DNA of 64,000 nucleotides from an uncultured Desulfurococcaceae archaeon (GCA_964399035.1 CAYNPH010000034.1:3725-67724); one strand, 5' to 3'; positions 18,409-28,175 are shown, counted from the stretch's first letter. Translations and numbers: made by a program. Notes: a model not told the origin generated them from the letters alone.

Positions 18409-18413
18409 TTTTT
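18409..18413 (+). terminator. T5 tract downstream of the small Zn-ribbon gene
   Basis: TTTTT lies 41 nt after the stop. Oligo-T tracts are the usual archaeal termination signal. Confidence 0.35.
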
Positions 18414-18443
18414 CACTTAAAATTAGATGTCCTTCAAAGAGTT

Positions 18444-18532
18444 ACGTGCGGGGCACGTCGGTGGCAATAATACTATGCTTTATGCGTTTCTTTAGAGTTA
18501 TCACGAGCGGGGGCCTGTGAGCATAACCACCG
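18444..18532 (+). ncRNA. Candidate structured RNA or leader element (hypothetical)
   Basis: TATA-like TTAAAATTA (18417-18425) would place a TSS near 18447. Perfect hairpin ACGTGC-GGG-GCACGT (18444-18458). Long-range helix CGGTGG (18459-18464)/CCACCG (18527-18532) encloses ATGC/GCAT and TCAC/GTGA helices. No convincing ORF. Confidence 0.25.
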
Positions 18533-18576
18533 ACGCTGATGCCGAATAATCTCACGGTGTATGATGAGGTCCTGCG

Positions 18577-19530
18577 ATGGTGAGGCCCCACTTCATGGTT
18601 AATGTTCTTCACAAGATATGGCGTCGTAGGCGAAAGAAATTAAGTTATGGCTGTAAAAAATTAGAGGCGACAGAATTGCGTGTGAGTATAATTCAAATGC
18701 GGGTAGCTGACGGGGACGTGCAGGCGAATATTGCTCGAGGACTGAAATTCATTAAGGAGGCCGCGGAAGGCTCTGACTTCGTGGTTCTCCCGGAGCTTTG
18801 GACAACTGGCTACGACTTCAATGCAATAATGGAATACGCTGAGGGTGAGGGTAAGGGGTGGTCCAACGAACTACTTAGCTCTATCGCTGAAGAGTACGGT
18901 GTGTACATAATTTCATCAGCCCCACTTAAGGAGGACGGTAAACTGTATGATGCGGCGTTCCTCATAGGACCTGATGGCACCATAGGTACTTACAGGAAAA
19001 TACATCTCTTCAGACCGTATGGAGAGGACAAGATGTTTATGGCCGGGAATGAGCTAGGGTACTTCAACACGTCCTTCGGCGGTGTGGGTATAGCGATATG
19101 CTATGACCTAAGGTTTCCCGAACTCTTCAGGCTACTAGCCATGAAAGGCGCTAAGGTGATATTCGTTCCCGCATCTTGGGGCGCGCCTCGCGCCCTGCAG
19201 TGGAGAACGTTGCTCAGAGCGCGGGCGGCGGAAAACCAGGTATTCATGGTGGGGGCCAACAAGGTAGGGAAGAGTGAGGTTACAGGCGAGCACTACTCAG
19301 GTAACTCCGCAGTATACGATCCTTTCGGCTTCGAATTAATGCACTCGGAGGAGAGCGAACAAGTATTAACCGTAAACGTAGATCTGAGGACAGTAGATAA
19401 GATAAGGGAGTACCTCCCAATATGGCATGATAGGAGGACTGACCTCTATGGCATCGGAAGTGCGTGGGGAGTCGGAGACCCCGGGTGGGGGAAGAGAGCA
19501 GCGGGAACCTCGAGAATCGAACCAACGTAA
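18577..19530 (+). CDS. Carbon-nitrogen hydrolase family protein (nitrilase/omega-amidase-like)
   Basis: LRVSIIQM..., catalytic-triad contexts VVLPELW (Glu), YRKIHLF (Lys) and GIAICYDLRFPE (Cys). The start is uncertain: ATG 18577 has a weak AATAAT box ~30 nt upstream, and TTG 18676 would give the usual short N-terminus. Confidence 0.8.
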   Translation: MVRPHFMVNVLHKIWRRRRKKLSYGCKKLEATELRVSIIQMRVADGDVQANIARGLKFIKEAAEGSDFVVLPELWTTGYDFNAIMEYAEGEGKGWSNELLSSIAEEYGVYIISSAPLKEDGKLYDAAFLIGPDGTIGTYRKIHLFRPYGEDKMFMAGNELGYFNTSFGGVGIAICYDLRFPELFRLLAMKGAKVIFVPASWGAPRALQWRTLLRARAAENQVFMVGANKVGKSEVTGEHYSGNSAVYDPFGFELMHSEESEQVLTVNVDLRTVDKIREYLPIWHDRRTDLYGIGSAWGVGDPGWGKRAAGTSRIEPT

Positions 19531-21136
19531 GCGGTTGGCCTTAATCGTGGTAACGGCGATTATAGCGGCAAGTATAGTGGTTGTTTTCGCGTACTACGAG
19601 TATAGTTACGAATCACACATCATAGATTACATTTCTGACGAGTGCTGGTACGTGAGTGCGGCAAGGAACATCCTTAGAGTGTATTTTGGACTCACACCCC
19701 ACGGACCTTGGGGCGGGGTTATGGCTACGGTCGAGTTAGAGAGCCCACCGTCATCGAGTACCTACGATGAGTGGGTAAATCAAGCTACACACTACGTTGA
19801 AAGCATTGGTGGGAAAGTCGTGAAGGGTAACGATTACTACGCATACAAGGACGACGGGAACTTCCTTCCAGCAGTATGCGTCGTGGTTCCGCCTCAGAAC
19901 CTGTCCTTACTTAAGGACGTTCCCCACAGCGTCAAGTACGCAGTGGGTTACTGCTATCCTAACGCTCGGGGAATACTTGATTACATGAACTTCGAGCACC
20001 CGCCATTAGTTAAGTATCTTATTGGGCTGACAATGATCACTATCGGCGATTACCCGCCCTTCTGGAGGATACCATCCATACTCGCGGGGTGCTTGATACT
20101 CATAATGATGTTCCTAACCCTAAGGAGAATATGCGGTGAAGTCGTCGGTGCGCTCCTAGGGCTAGTGGCAATGATCCTGACGGTTTTCGACATAACCTTC
20201 AGGTCGTTAAGCATGGTGGCTATGCTTGATATATTCGTGGCGCTGTTTACCTACATGACCTATTACATGACTGTTAGAGGATCCCTAGGAGGCTCGGCAG
20301 TAGCGTTAGGATTAGGCTTCGTAAGCAAATTCAGTGGCGCCTTCCCCGGACTGCCAGCACTGATAGCATGGCTTAAGAGTAAGGAGAAGCCCGCTAGGAC
20401 TCTGCTTTACCTCATTTACGTGCCCGTGATTATATTGCTTCTACTATCGGTACCCATTATAGTCCATGATGGGTTCATGCAGTGGTGGGACTCCTCCATA
20501 GCTGGGGCGATACGCTGGCACTTAAGTGTTAAAACAACTGGTGGCCCCCCGCAGGCCATGCCTTGGGACTGGATTATCGGGAGAAACCCATTCCCCCTTC
20601 ACTACACGTGGGACGCTAAGGCGGGAAGATGGGTTGCCGACTTAGTCGCCAGAGGTAACCCAATACTCTACATGGCTCTCGTGGTGCTATCGGTATACAT
20701 AATACCTAAGGTTAAGGAGCTACCGGACAGGGGCCTCACATACGGCTTCACTTGGGGCACGTTCTTCATGTATGTGTTAATATGGTTCCTAGGATCTAAG
20801 ACACAGTACAGCTTCTACTCAGTGCAGGTAGTGCCCCTCTTCTATACGCTACTGGTCTTGGAGGTGTACTACCTACTCAATACACCCAAGAACATAGTAG
20901 AGGTCGCTAGGAGCTGGAAGGACTGGATCTCGACCGCCTGGGACTGGCTAGCAGGATATGTTGAGGTAAAGATCTCAGTAACTATTAAGAGAGTGAAACC
21001 TAGGGAGGAGGAAGAAGGAAGAGAACATGAAGTGGAGGGAGAAGCTCGGAGCCCAGAAAAAGCTGTAAACAAAGATGCCCAAAGTAATGATGAGGGCGGG
21101 TTAGGGTCTAACGAGGAAAGCGCGGATGAAAGTTAA
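19427..21136 (+). CDS. Multi-pass membrane glycosyltransferase of the PMT/ArnT-like (GT-C) type
   Basis: FEHPPLVKYLIGL resembles the (D/E)xHPPLxK loop motif of dolichyl-phosphate-mannose protein mannosyltransferase-like enzymes. About 10 TM segments and an acidic C-terminal tail. Start is ambiguous: ATG 19427 and ATG 19448 overlap the upstream gene by 83-104 nt, while TTG 19535 lies 5 nt after its stop. Confidence 0.65.
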   Translation: MIGGLTSMASEVRGESETPGGGREQREPRESNQRKRLALIVVTAIIAASIVVVFAYYEYSYESHIIDYISDECWYVSAARNILRVYFGLTPHGPWGGVMATVELESPPSSSTYDEWVNQATHYVESIGGKVVKGNDYYAYKDDGNFLPAVCVVVPPQNLSLLKDVPHSVKYAVGYCYPNARGILDYMNFEHPPLVKYLIGLTMITIGDYPPFWRIPSILAGCLILIMMFLTLRRICGEVVGALLGLVAMILTVFDITFRSLSMVAMLDIFVALFTYMTYYMTVRGSLGGSAVALGLGFVSKFSGAFPGLPALIAWLKSKEKPARTLLYLIYVPVIILLLLSVPIIVHDGFMQWWDSSIAGAIRWHLSVKTTGGPPQAMPWDWIIGRNPFPLHYTWDAKAGRWVADLVARGNPILYMALVVLSVYIIPKVKELPDRGLTYGFTWGTFFMYVLIWFLGSKTQYSFYSVQVVPLFYTLLVLEVYYLLNTPKNIVEVARSWKDWISTAWDWLAGYVEVKISVTIKRVKPREEEEGREHEVEGEARSPEKAVNKDAQSNDEGGLGSNEESADES

Positions 21137-21231
21137 TTGATGAAGCACTACTCATTTGATGGTGTCATTCGGCAGTAATTCAGAGGTATTATTTGCCTGT
21201 TTAACACTTACGCGTAGGTTCTCAAACAACG

Positions 21232-21241
21232 CTTTTTAATG
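21232..21241 (+). promoter_or_regulatory. TATA box (CTTTTTAATG) of ppdK
   Basis: 30-39 nt upstream of GTG 21271, suggesting a leaderless transcript. Confidence 0.45.
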
Positions 21242-21270
21242 CATGCCCAATATGGGTTCGGTGGTCATAG

Positions 21271-24183
21271 GTGACCAAGAAATACGTGTTCGCATTTGAG
21301 GAGGGCGACTGGAAGAACAAGAAGCTACTTGGAGGCAAGGGAGCGTCTCTGGCGCAGATGACGCAGCTAGGGCTTCCAGTCCCTCCGGGCTTCACAATCA
21401 CAACGGAGGCATGCCGTGACTTCTACGCGCCTAGGAAGGAGGAGATCGATAAGATCGTGAAGGAACTTGAGCGCAATCCGCCACCCCAGGTTAGGGATGA
21501 GCTAATAAAGAAGATATGGGACATAATCAACTCCCTGGACCTCCCTGAGGGTCTAATGGATCAGGTTAAGGAATACATGAAGAAGCTCGAGGAGAAAACA
21601 GGCAAGAAGTTTGGCTTCCCGGACAACCCGCTCCTCGTGTCAGTGAGGTCTGGTGCCGCGGTTTCGATGCCCGGCATGATGGACACCGTGCTTAACCTAG
21701 GCCTCAACGACACGGTCACCCCCGGCCTAGCTAAGCTAGCCGAGAATGAGTGGTTCGCCTACGACGCGTACCGCAGGTTCCTAGCGATGTTCGGTAGGAT
21801 CGTGCTCGAGATACCCGAGGAGATATTCGACAAGGAGTTCGACAAGCTCGACGAGGAGTTCAGGAAAGAGGCTGAGGAGAAGTTCAAGGACGAGATTGAG
21901 GCCGTGAAGAAGCAGTTCCCGAAGTATACCTTAAGGCTTGACGCGCAGCCCCCGAAGGAGATAGCCCCCAAGACCTGGGAGCTCGCCGTCAAATACCTCA
22001 AGAAGCTGGTGGAGATATACAAGGACGTGATCCAGAAGCATTGGGGCACCTTCCCGCAGGACCCATGGAAGCAGTTAGAGCTAGCGATTAAGGCAGTGTT
22101 CAGGTCATGGATGAACCCCAGAGCGATCTACTACAGGATAGCCAACAACATAACCCCCGACATCGCGGACTGCACTGCAGTCAATATAGTGACCATGGTC
22201 TTCGGCAACATGGGATGGGACTCAGGAACAGGCGTGTACTTCACAAGGGACCCAGCAACTGGCGAGAACAAGCCCTACGGTGAGTTCCTGCCCAACGCTC
22301 AGGGCGAGGACGTAGTTGCTGGCATCAGGACCCCATTACACCTAGACGAGCTTAAGGCAAGGATGCCTAAGATCTACGACCAGCTGATCGAGGCAGGAAA
22401 GAAGCTGGAGAGGCTAAACAAGGACGTAATGGACATTGAGTTCACCATCGAGAGAGGCAAGCTGTACTTCCTGCAGAACAGAAGGGCTAAGATGACTCCT
22501 GTCGCTAGGGTGAAGACGGCCGTAGACATGGCTAAGGAGGGCATCATAACTAAGGAGGAGGCGATTCTCAAGGTATCCCCCGACGTCGTGCTGAAGCTCC
22601 TCTACCCGAGGATCGACCCGAAGGCTAAGGCCGAACCTATCGCCAAGGGCCTGCCCGCCTCACCAGGTGCGGTGAGCGGTCAGGTAGTCTTCCACCCAGA
22701 CGACGCTGTCGAGTGGGCTAGGAAGGGCAAGAAGGTCATCCTAGTCAGAGTTGAGACCAAACCAGATGACGTGCATGGATTCTACGCGGCAGTCGGTATA
22801 CTGACATCAAGGGGCGGCATGACCTCACACGCCGCAGTAGTTGCTAGAGGTATCGGTAAGCCCGCAGTTGTCGGCGCTGAGGCCATAAAGATCGACTACG
22901 AGAAGAAGGAGTTCAGAGTAGGTGACGTGGTCGTTAAGGAGGGTGACTGGGTAACCATTGACGGTAACACCGGTAACGTGTACGTAGGGAAGGTACCGAC
23001 GGTAGAGCCCGAGCTAATACCTGAGCTACAGGAGCTCCTATCATGGGCCGACAGCGTCAGGAAGCTTGGCGTAAGGGCCAACGCAGACGTGCCGGAGGAC
23101 GCGCGCATAGCGAGGAAGTTCGGTGCTGAGGGTATAGGTCTGCTCAGGATCGAGAGGATGTTCAGGAAGCCTGAGAGGCTTGAGGCCCTAAGGAACGTGA
23201 TCCTCTCCGAGACAAAGGAGGAGAGGGTTGAGCACCTGAAGAAGCTAGCAGCGATGATCAAGCCGGACTTCAAGGAGATGCTCAAGATAATGGATGGGCT
23301 ACCAGTAGTCATTAGGTTAATTGACCCGCCGTTACACGAGTTCCTGCCAGCACCTGAAGAGCTACTCAAGGAGATCTACGAAGCTAAGGTAGCCTACTAC
23401 ACGCTGAAGTCGTCCGAGGCTGTGAAGGGCATAGCGCCCGAAATACTTGAGGAGTATGAGAAGAAGATCGCGGAGCTAGAGGAACTATACAGGAGAGTGA
23501 TGGTGCTTAAGGAGCACAACCCAATGATGGGCCACAGAGGCGTTAGGGTAGGAGTAACGTATCCAGAGATCTACTACTACTTAACGAGGGCTATGGTTGA
23601 GGCAGCTGCTGAGCTACTCAAGGAGGGCTACCATCCGAAGCTAGAGATAATGATACCGCAGGTAAGCGAAGTCAACGAAATAAAGTACGTAAAGCAGAAC
23701 GCGGTACTACCCGCTATCCAAGACGTAGAGAAGGAGTACGGCATAAAGGTACCGGTAAAGATTGGCACTATGGTCGAGACAGTCAGAGCATGCTTAACCG
23801 CCGAGGAACTAGCTAAGGAGGTGGACTTCTTCAGCTTCGGCACGAACGACCTAACGCAGGCAACCTTCAGCTTCAGCAGGGACGACGTCGAGAACAAGTT
23901 CCTGCCACAGTACCTAGAGCTAGAGATACTTAAGGCGAACCCATTCCAGACCCTAGACACTAAGGGCGTTGGCAAGCTAGTAGCCATGGCAACGAAGGCA
24001 GGAAAGCAGGCCAACCCAGAGTTAGAGGTCGGCATATGTGGAGAGCACGGCGGTGACCCAGCATCAATAGAGTTCCTGCACCAGGCAGGCCTAGACTACG
24101 TGAGCGCCTCACCCTTCAGAATAGTAGTCGCTAGGCTAGCAGCGGCTCATGCCGCGATAAAGTACGGTGGAAAGAAAGAATAA
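21271..24183 (+). CDS. ppdK: Pyruvate, phosphate dikinase
   Basis: 970 aa. N-terminal ATP-grasp (LLGGKGASLAQM), phospho-His domain (TSRGGMTSHAAVVARG) and C-terminal PEP/pyruvate TIM barrel (FFSFGTNDLTQ, GICGEHGGDP). Confidence 0.97.
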   Translation: MTKKYVFAFEEGDWKNKKLLGGKGASLAQMTQLGLPVPPGFTITTEACRDFYAPRKEEIDKIVKELERNPPPQVRDELIKKIWDIINSLDLPEGLMDQVKEYMKKLEEKTGKKFGFPDNPLLVSVRSGAAVSMPGMMDTVLNLGLNDTVTPGLAKLAENEWFAYDAYRRFLAMFGRIVLEIPEEIFDKEFDKLDEEFRKEAEEKFKDEIEAVKKQFPKYTLRLDAQPPKEIAPKTWELAVKYLKKLVEIYKDVIQKHWGTFPQDPWKQLELAIKAVFRSWMNPRAIYYRIANNITPDIADCTAVNIVTMVFGNMGWDSGTGVYFTRDPATGENKPYGEFLPNAQGEDVVAGIRTPLHLDELKARMPKIYDQLIEAGKKLERLNKDVMDIEFTIERGKLYFLQNRRAKMTPVARVKTAVDMAKEGIITKEEAILKVSPDVVLKLLYPRIDPKAKAEPIAKGLPASPGAVSGQVVFHPDDAVEWARKGKKVILVRVETKPDDVHGFYAAVGILTSRGGMTSHAAVVARGIGKPAVVGAEAIKIDYEKKEFRVGDVVVKEGDWVTIDGNTGNVYVGKVPTVEPELIPELQELLSWADSVRKLGVRANADVPEDARIARKFGAEGIGLLRIERMFRKPERLEALRNVILSETKEERVEHLKKLAAMIKPDFKEMLKIMDGLPVVIRLIDPPLHEFLPAPEELLKEIYEAKVAYYTLKSSEAVKGIAPEILEEYEKKIAELEELYRRVMVLKEHNPMMGHRGVRVGVTYPEIYYYLTRAMVEAAAELLKEGYHPKLEIMIPQVSEVNEIKYVKQNAVLPAIQDVEKEYGIKVPVKIGTMVETVRACLTAEELAKEVDFFSFGTNDLTQATFSFSRDDVENKFLPQYLELEILKANPFQTLDTKGVGKLVAMATKAGKQANPELEVGICGEHGGDPASIEFLHQAGLDYVSASPFRIVVARLAAAHAAIKYGGKKE

Positions 24184-24248
24184 ACCCAATAAGTTTTGAC
24201 CGCAGGCATCACCTAATTTATTTCCCCTAAAATCGCCCCCTTTAAAAC

Positions 24249-24728
24249 TCACTCGACGGACCTAAGGAATTCCTCCACATGCGGCGTGTCCTTAATCACC
24301 CGAAAGATTAAGCTAGTCATGCTCCTCTTAATGTGTGGGTTCTTAATGAGTGTCTTTATGAACTTGTCGAGGTCAGGCACGCTCTTAAAGCTAAGGATTA
24401 ACGCTATATCATATTCGCCCGTTATGTCGAACACCGCTCTAACGTTGGGCTTCTTAGCTAATTCGCGTTCCACCTGCTCTATGTACGCGCCATCAACCTG
24501 AAGTAACGTTACTGCATTCACCTGGTAACCGAGTTTAGCGTAGTTTATCAGTGCAGTGTAACCTGAAACATACCCGCGTTCCTCAAGCCTTCTAATTCTC
24601 TCAGTAATGGTTGACGGTGACTTACCCAGCTCACGGGCGAGCTTCCTGATTCCTTCCTTTCCTCTTAGCGCTAGGGCTTTGAGTATGCGTAGATCCAAAT
24701 CATCCAGTTCACGAGGCACTACACTCAC
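24249..24728 (-). CDS. lrp: Lrp/AsnC-family transcriptional regulator
   Basis: N-terminal HTH (LDDLDLRILKALALRGKEGIRKLARELGKSPSTITERIRRLEERGY) plus a C-terminal RAM/ACT-like domain. GTG start. Divergent from glnA. Confidence 0.9.
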   Translation of the reverse strand: MSVVPRELDDLDLRILKALALRGKEGIRKLARELGKSPSTITERIRRLEERGYVSGYTALINYAKLGYQVNAVTLLQVDGAYIEQVERELAKKPNVRAVFDITGEYDIALILSFKSVPDLDKFIKTLIKNPHIKRSMTSLIFRVIKDTPHVEEFLRSVE

Positions 24729-24835
24729 CTCTTGTTCGGTTTGCCAATGAGTTTTCCGCGTTTAATCATTTAAATGTTCGCTTATTTCAGGAAATCCTTA
24801 TTTCTTGTTCGGAAACCATGTTAAGTTAGTGAACA

Positions 24836-26170
24836 GTGATGAGGAACGTGTCTGAAAGTATGTCAGATGATATCGAGTGGGTTGATGTGCATTACGTTGA
24901 CTTACGCGGAAGACTACATTCGGTCTCAGTAACCTACGAGAGGGCCTCCAAGGGGGATGTCTTCTTCGATGGATCATCGGTTGACTTAGTAGACATAAGC
25001 GACAGCGACCTACATCTAGTGCCAGACATGTCAACACTAGCTAGGATACCGTGGGGAGAGAAGAGGGGGAGGGTACATGCCGACATCTGGGTGGACGGGA
25101 GACCGTTCTGGGGGAACTCAAGGGGCGTAGCACGAAACGCGTCACGTTATGCCCGAGAGCATGGTTTCAAGGAGTTAATGGGTGCGGAGGTAGAGTTCTT
25201 CATCCATAAGGTTGAGTTCAAGGTTGGTAAGGGAGAATTAACAGCTAGGGTAATCAACGACGAGGAGCCTCCAATCTGGTCGTTACCGACGAAGAGGGCA
25301 TATGAGGTGACCGACAGTGACAGCCCCGTAGCTAGCGTGAGGTGGGAGATCATCAGGGCATTACGGGGAATGGGCATTAAAGCAACAATACATCACCACG
25401 AGGTGGCCCCAAACCAAGCGGAGATATCGACCGCGTCCCGCGACGCGGTGGGTTTAGGAGACGATATCCTCACGATAAAGTTCGTGGCTAGGCACATAGC
25501 TAGGGTGTGGGGGTACGTCGCGAACTTTATGCCGAAACCGGTTTTCGGTGATAACGGCTCGGGCATGCACATCCACGCCAGCCTTTGGAAGGACGGTGTT
25601 AACGTATTCAGCGATGACTCCGACCCGCACGGCATAAGTCAGTACTGCAGGTACTTCATAGGCGGGCTACTGGATCACGGGCGCGCACTGGCAGCGATAG
25701 TGTCACCGACAACCAATTCGTACAAGAGGCTAGTGCCTGGATACGAAGCCCCCATATACCTAGCGTGGGGAGTTGCAAACAGGTCTGCAGCAGTCAGAGT
25801 CCCTAGGACACCATCACCTAAGAAGCGCAGAGTAGAGTTCAGGCCTCCCGACCCGCTAGCGAACCCATACTTAGCGTCGGCAGCGATATTGGCTGCAGGC
25901 TTAGACGGAATAAGAAGGAAGATAGATCCAGGAGACCCAATACAGCGGAACATCTACCACATGAGCGAAAGGGAGGTCAAGGAGTTAGGCATAAAGACAC
26001 TACCGAAAAGCCTAGATGAGGCGCTGGAGGAACTCGAGTCTGACTCAGAGTTCCTACGACCAATATTCCCGCGGGAACTCATCGAGAAGTACATCGAACT
26101 GAAGAGGCAGGAAATACGGAGAGTAAATCTCTATCCATCACCAGCTGAGTTCATGGAGTACATGTGGTGA
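24836..26170 (+). CDS. glnA: Glutamine synthetase, type I
   Basis: 444 aa. GSGMHIHASLW, NSYKRLVPGYEAP and AVRVP motifs. Start is either GTG 24836 or ATG 24839. Confidence 0.95.
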   Translation: MMRNVSESMSDDIEWVDVHYVDLRGRLHSVSVTYERASKGDVFFDGSSVDLVDISDSDLHLVPDMSTLARIPWGEKRGRVHADIWVDGRPFWGNSRGVARNASRYAREHGFKELMGAEVEFFIHKVEFKVGKGELTARVINDEEPPIWSLPTKRAYEVTDSDSPVASVRWEIIRALRGMGIKATIHHHEVAPNQAEISTASRDAVGLGDDILTIKFVARHIARVWGYVANFMPKPVFGDNGSGMHIHASLWKDGVNVFSDDSDPHGISQYCRYFIGGLLDHGRALAAIVSPTTNSYKRLVPGYEAPIYLAWGVANRSAAVRVPRTPSPKKRRVEFRPPDPLANPYLASAAILAAGLDGIRRKIDPGDPIQRNIYHMSEREVKELGIKTLPKSLDEALEELESDSEFLRPIFPRELIEKYIELKRQEIRRVNLYPSPAEFMEYMW

Positions 26171-26179
26171 GTGGAGGAG

Positions 26180-26527
26180 TTAGCAAATCTTAGTACCTGG
26201 CTTCACAGGTTTCTCAACGGTTAATATCACGGGCGTTTCGCCTTCACTGCAACCCGCCGCGAGTAGCATACCCTGAGACTCTAGGCCCATCATTCGCTTG
26301 GGTTTGAGATTAGCTACTACGATAATATACTTACCTTGTAGGTCTTCAGGAGCGTACCATTTAGCTAAACCGGCTAGGATCTGCCTCTCACCCAACTCTC
26401 CTAAGTCAACTATCAGGCGTATCAACTTACGGGATCCGGGCACCCGCTCCGCACGCTTCACGTAACCAACCCTCAGGTCTATCTTGGCGAATTCGGAATA
26501 TTCGATTACGTCGTGTGCTTCAGTCAT
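26180..26527 (-). CDS. tRNA-binding domain protein (CsaA/Trbp111-like, EMAP-II OB fold)
   Basis: IDLRVGYVKRAERVPGSRKLIRLIVDLG...IVVVANLKPKRMMGLESQGMLLAA. Confidence 0.8.
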   Translation of the reverse strand: MTEAHDVIEYSEFAKIDLRVGYVKRAERVPGSRKLIRLIVDLGELGERQILAGLAKWYAPEDLQGKYIIVVANLKPKRMMGLESQGMLLAAGCSEGETPVILTVEKPVKPGTKIC

Positions 26528-26578
26528 TCGGGTTCACCAAGGCCTCACAGTGAAGCACAGAAATATAAGCATGATTCC

Positions 26579-27016
26579 TTAGACTACCGTAGTTTCTATC
26601 CCTTCCCCCTCCGCGCTGACCTCACTGCTCTTAATAGGTTTGAACTTAACTACGTAGGGTACTACCCCATCTAAGGTCGGTGCTGTCCTCCTAATGGTTG
26701 CCTGCACCTTCATGCCAACCCGTACTTCCTCGGGCTTCACGTCTGTTAGTTGAGCTAGGACCTTCGCATCCCCCAGCTTTATAATTGCTATTATCAGGGG
26801 TGCATACTGCTCAAATCCCTTGATAGGCACGTTAAGCACTGTGTAAGTCAGTACCTCACCCTCACGCGGTAGCTCTATCTCGATGAGGTTCCGGGAACCA
26901 CACTTAGGGCATGCGGCCTTAGGGGGGTAAGTAACGAGGCCGCAGTCTTGGCACCTAGTGCCTGAGAGCCTTATTAGGCGGTTCCTTAAGCGCCATATCC
27001 TCTGGATAGTGGTCAA
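26579..27016 (-). CDS. DUF35 Zn-ribbon/OB-fold protein (thiolase/HMGCS-associated scaffold)
   Basis: CQDCG...CPKCGS rubredoxin-like ribbon followed by an OB fold. Lies directly downstream of the thiolase gene, as in the archaeal thiolase/HMGCS/DUF35 complex operon. Confidence 0.85.
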   Translation of the reverse strand: MTTIQRIWRLRNRLIRLSGTRCQDCGLVTYPPKAACPKCGSRNLIEIELPREGEVLTYTVLNVPIKGFEQYAPLIIAIIKLGDAKVLAQLTDVKPEEVRVGMKVQATIRRTAPTLDGVVPYVVKFKPIKSSEVSAEGEGIETTVV

Positions 27017-27023
27017 GTTGACC

Positions 27024-28175
27024 TCACCTCCTTAAAATAATGGTGGTGACGTTCGAGCCAACACCACCTATGTTCTGCGCTAGTCCGACCTCGCCGCCCA
27101 CCTTTAATCCGGGGAAGTCACCGCGCAGCTGCATAGCTACCTCAGCAACCTGATACACGCCAGTCGCGCCCACCGGGTGTCCCCTGGCCTTAAGCCCTCC
27201 TGAGGGGTTAAGGACAGGTCTATCTCCTAGCCTGAACCTACCCTCTGCCCAGAGTTTCGGGGCTTTACCTCTTGCGGCGAACCCTATCTCCTCAACGCTT
27301 ATTGCCGCGACTATACTGTACGCGTCATGTATTTCCGCGACGTCAATGTCGTTAATACTTGCGTTAGCCATTTTAAGGGCTCTCTCTGTTGAGAGCTTAG
27401 CCGCTATGAATCTGTCTAGCTCGAACCTTGACGAGAGGTCAGGGCTGTCTAGGGCGTTACCTATCCCGGCAACCCTCACTGGCGTGTCATTTAGTTTCCG
27501 GTACTTCTCGGAAACAAGCATGATCGCCGCCGCTCCATCACTGAGTGGGCACGAGTCAAACAGCCTCACAGGATCAGCTATTACCGGGGAATTCATCACG
27601 GTCTCCAGCGTTATTTTCTTCCTCAGCTGAGCGTACGGGTTGTGGTAGGCGTTTTCATGCATCATTACTGCCCAGTGAGCCATCTCCTCACGCGTGACGC
27701 CGTGTTTATTCATGTAGTACCGCATCACTAGGGCGTTTAGGCCAGCGAAGCTTATGCCGTAGATGAGTTCGTAGTCTGCGTCGGCAGCGTATGCTAGGCC
27801 GCGGGCGGTATCAGGGGTGGGTCGCTCATGTAGCTTCTCTATGCCAACCACTAGGACCTTGTTAAATAAACCGGAGGATATTAGGGAGTAGCCGGCTAGG
27901 AGGGCAGCCCCTCCAGAACCGCATGCTCCCTCCGCCTTAAAGCCACTAACCCCCCTTAGCCCTGCGTGGTCAGCTATTAGAGCCGCGAGGTTTTCTTGCT
28001 CTACTAAGCTACTAAGCATGTTCCCGACGACGATCGCTTCGGGTTTCTCGTTGCCGGCATCCTCCATAGCCTTTACCATGGCCTCTGCAGCCAGGTCCCT
28101 TAACGCGATATCTACCCTCTTGCCTACCTCAGTTAAGCCCACACCAACTATGAAGACATCGCGCAAGACACGCAC
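27024..28175 (-). CDS. Thiolase (acetyl-CoA C-acetyltransferase, SCP-x/archaeal type)
   Basis: 383 aa. Active-site contexts EGACGSGGAAL (Cys), GHPVGATG (His) and NIGGVGS. Confidence 0.9.
   Translation of the reverse strand: MRVLRDVFIVGVGLTEVGKRVDIALRDLAAEAMVKAMEDAGNEKPEAIVVGNMLSSLVEQENLAALIADHAGLRGVSGFKAEGACGSGGAALLAGYSLISSGLFNKVLVVGIEKLHERPTPDTARGLAYAADADYELIYGISFAGLNALVMRYYMNKHGVTREEMAHWAVMMHENAYHNPYAQLRKKITLETVMNSPVIADPVRLFDSCPLSDGAAAIMLVSEKYRKLNDTPVRVAGIGNALDSPDLSSRFELDRFIAAKLSTERALKMANASINDIDVAEIHDAYSIVAAISVEEIGFAARGKAPKLWAEGRFRLGDRPVLNPSGGLKARGHPVGATGVYQVAEVAMQLRGDFPGLKVGGEVGLAQNIGGVGSNVTTIILRR

Noticed and set aside
18314-18520. 68-aa ORF overlapping the 3' end of the small Zn-ribbon gene and the following spacer
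   Set aside because: It is out of frame with the convincing Zn-ribbon ORF, has an odd composition, spans a T5 tract and a TATA-like box, and has no start context.
18561-18567. C-box-like ATGATGA suggesting a C/D box sRNA
   Set aside because: No CTGA D box lies at a suitable distance (only GTGA 12 nt downstream). There is no C'/D' pair and no terminal stem. It lies 10 nt upstream of a possible hydrolase ATG.
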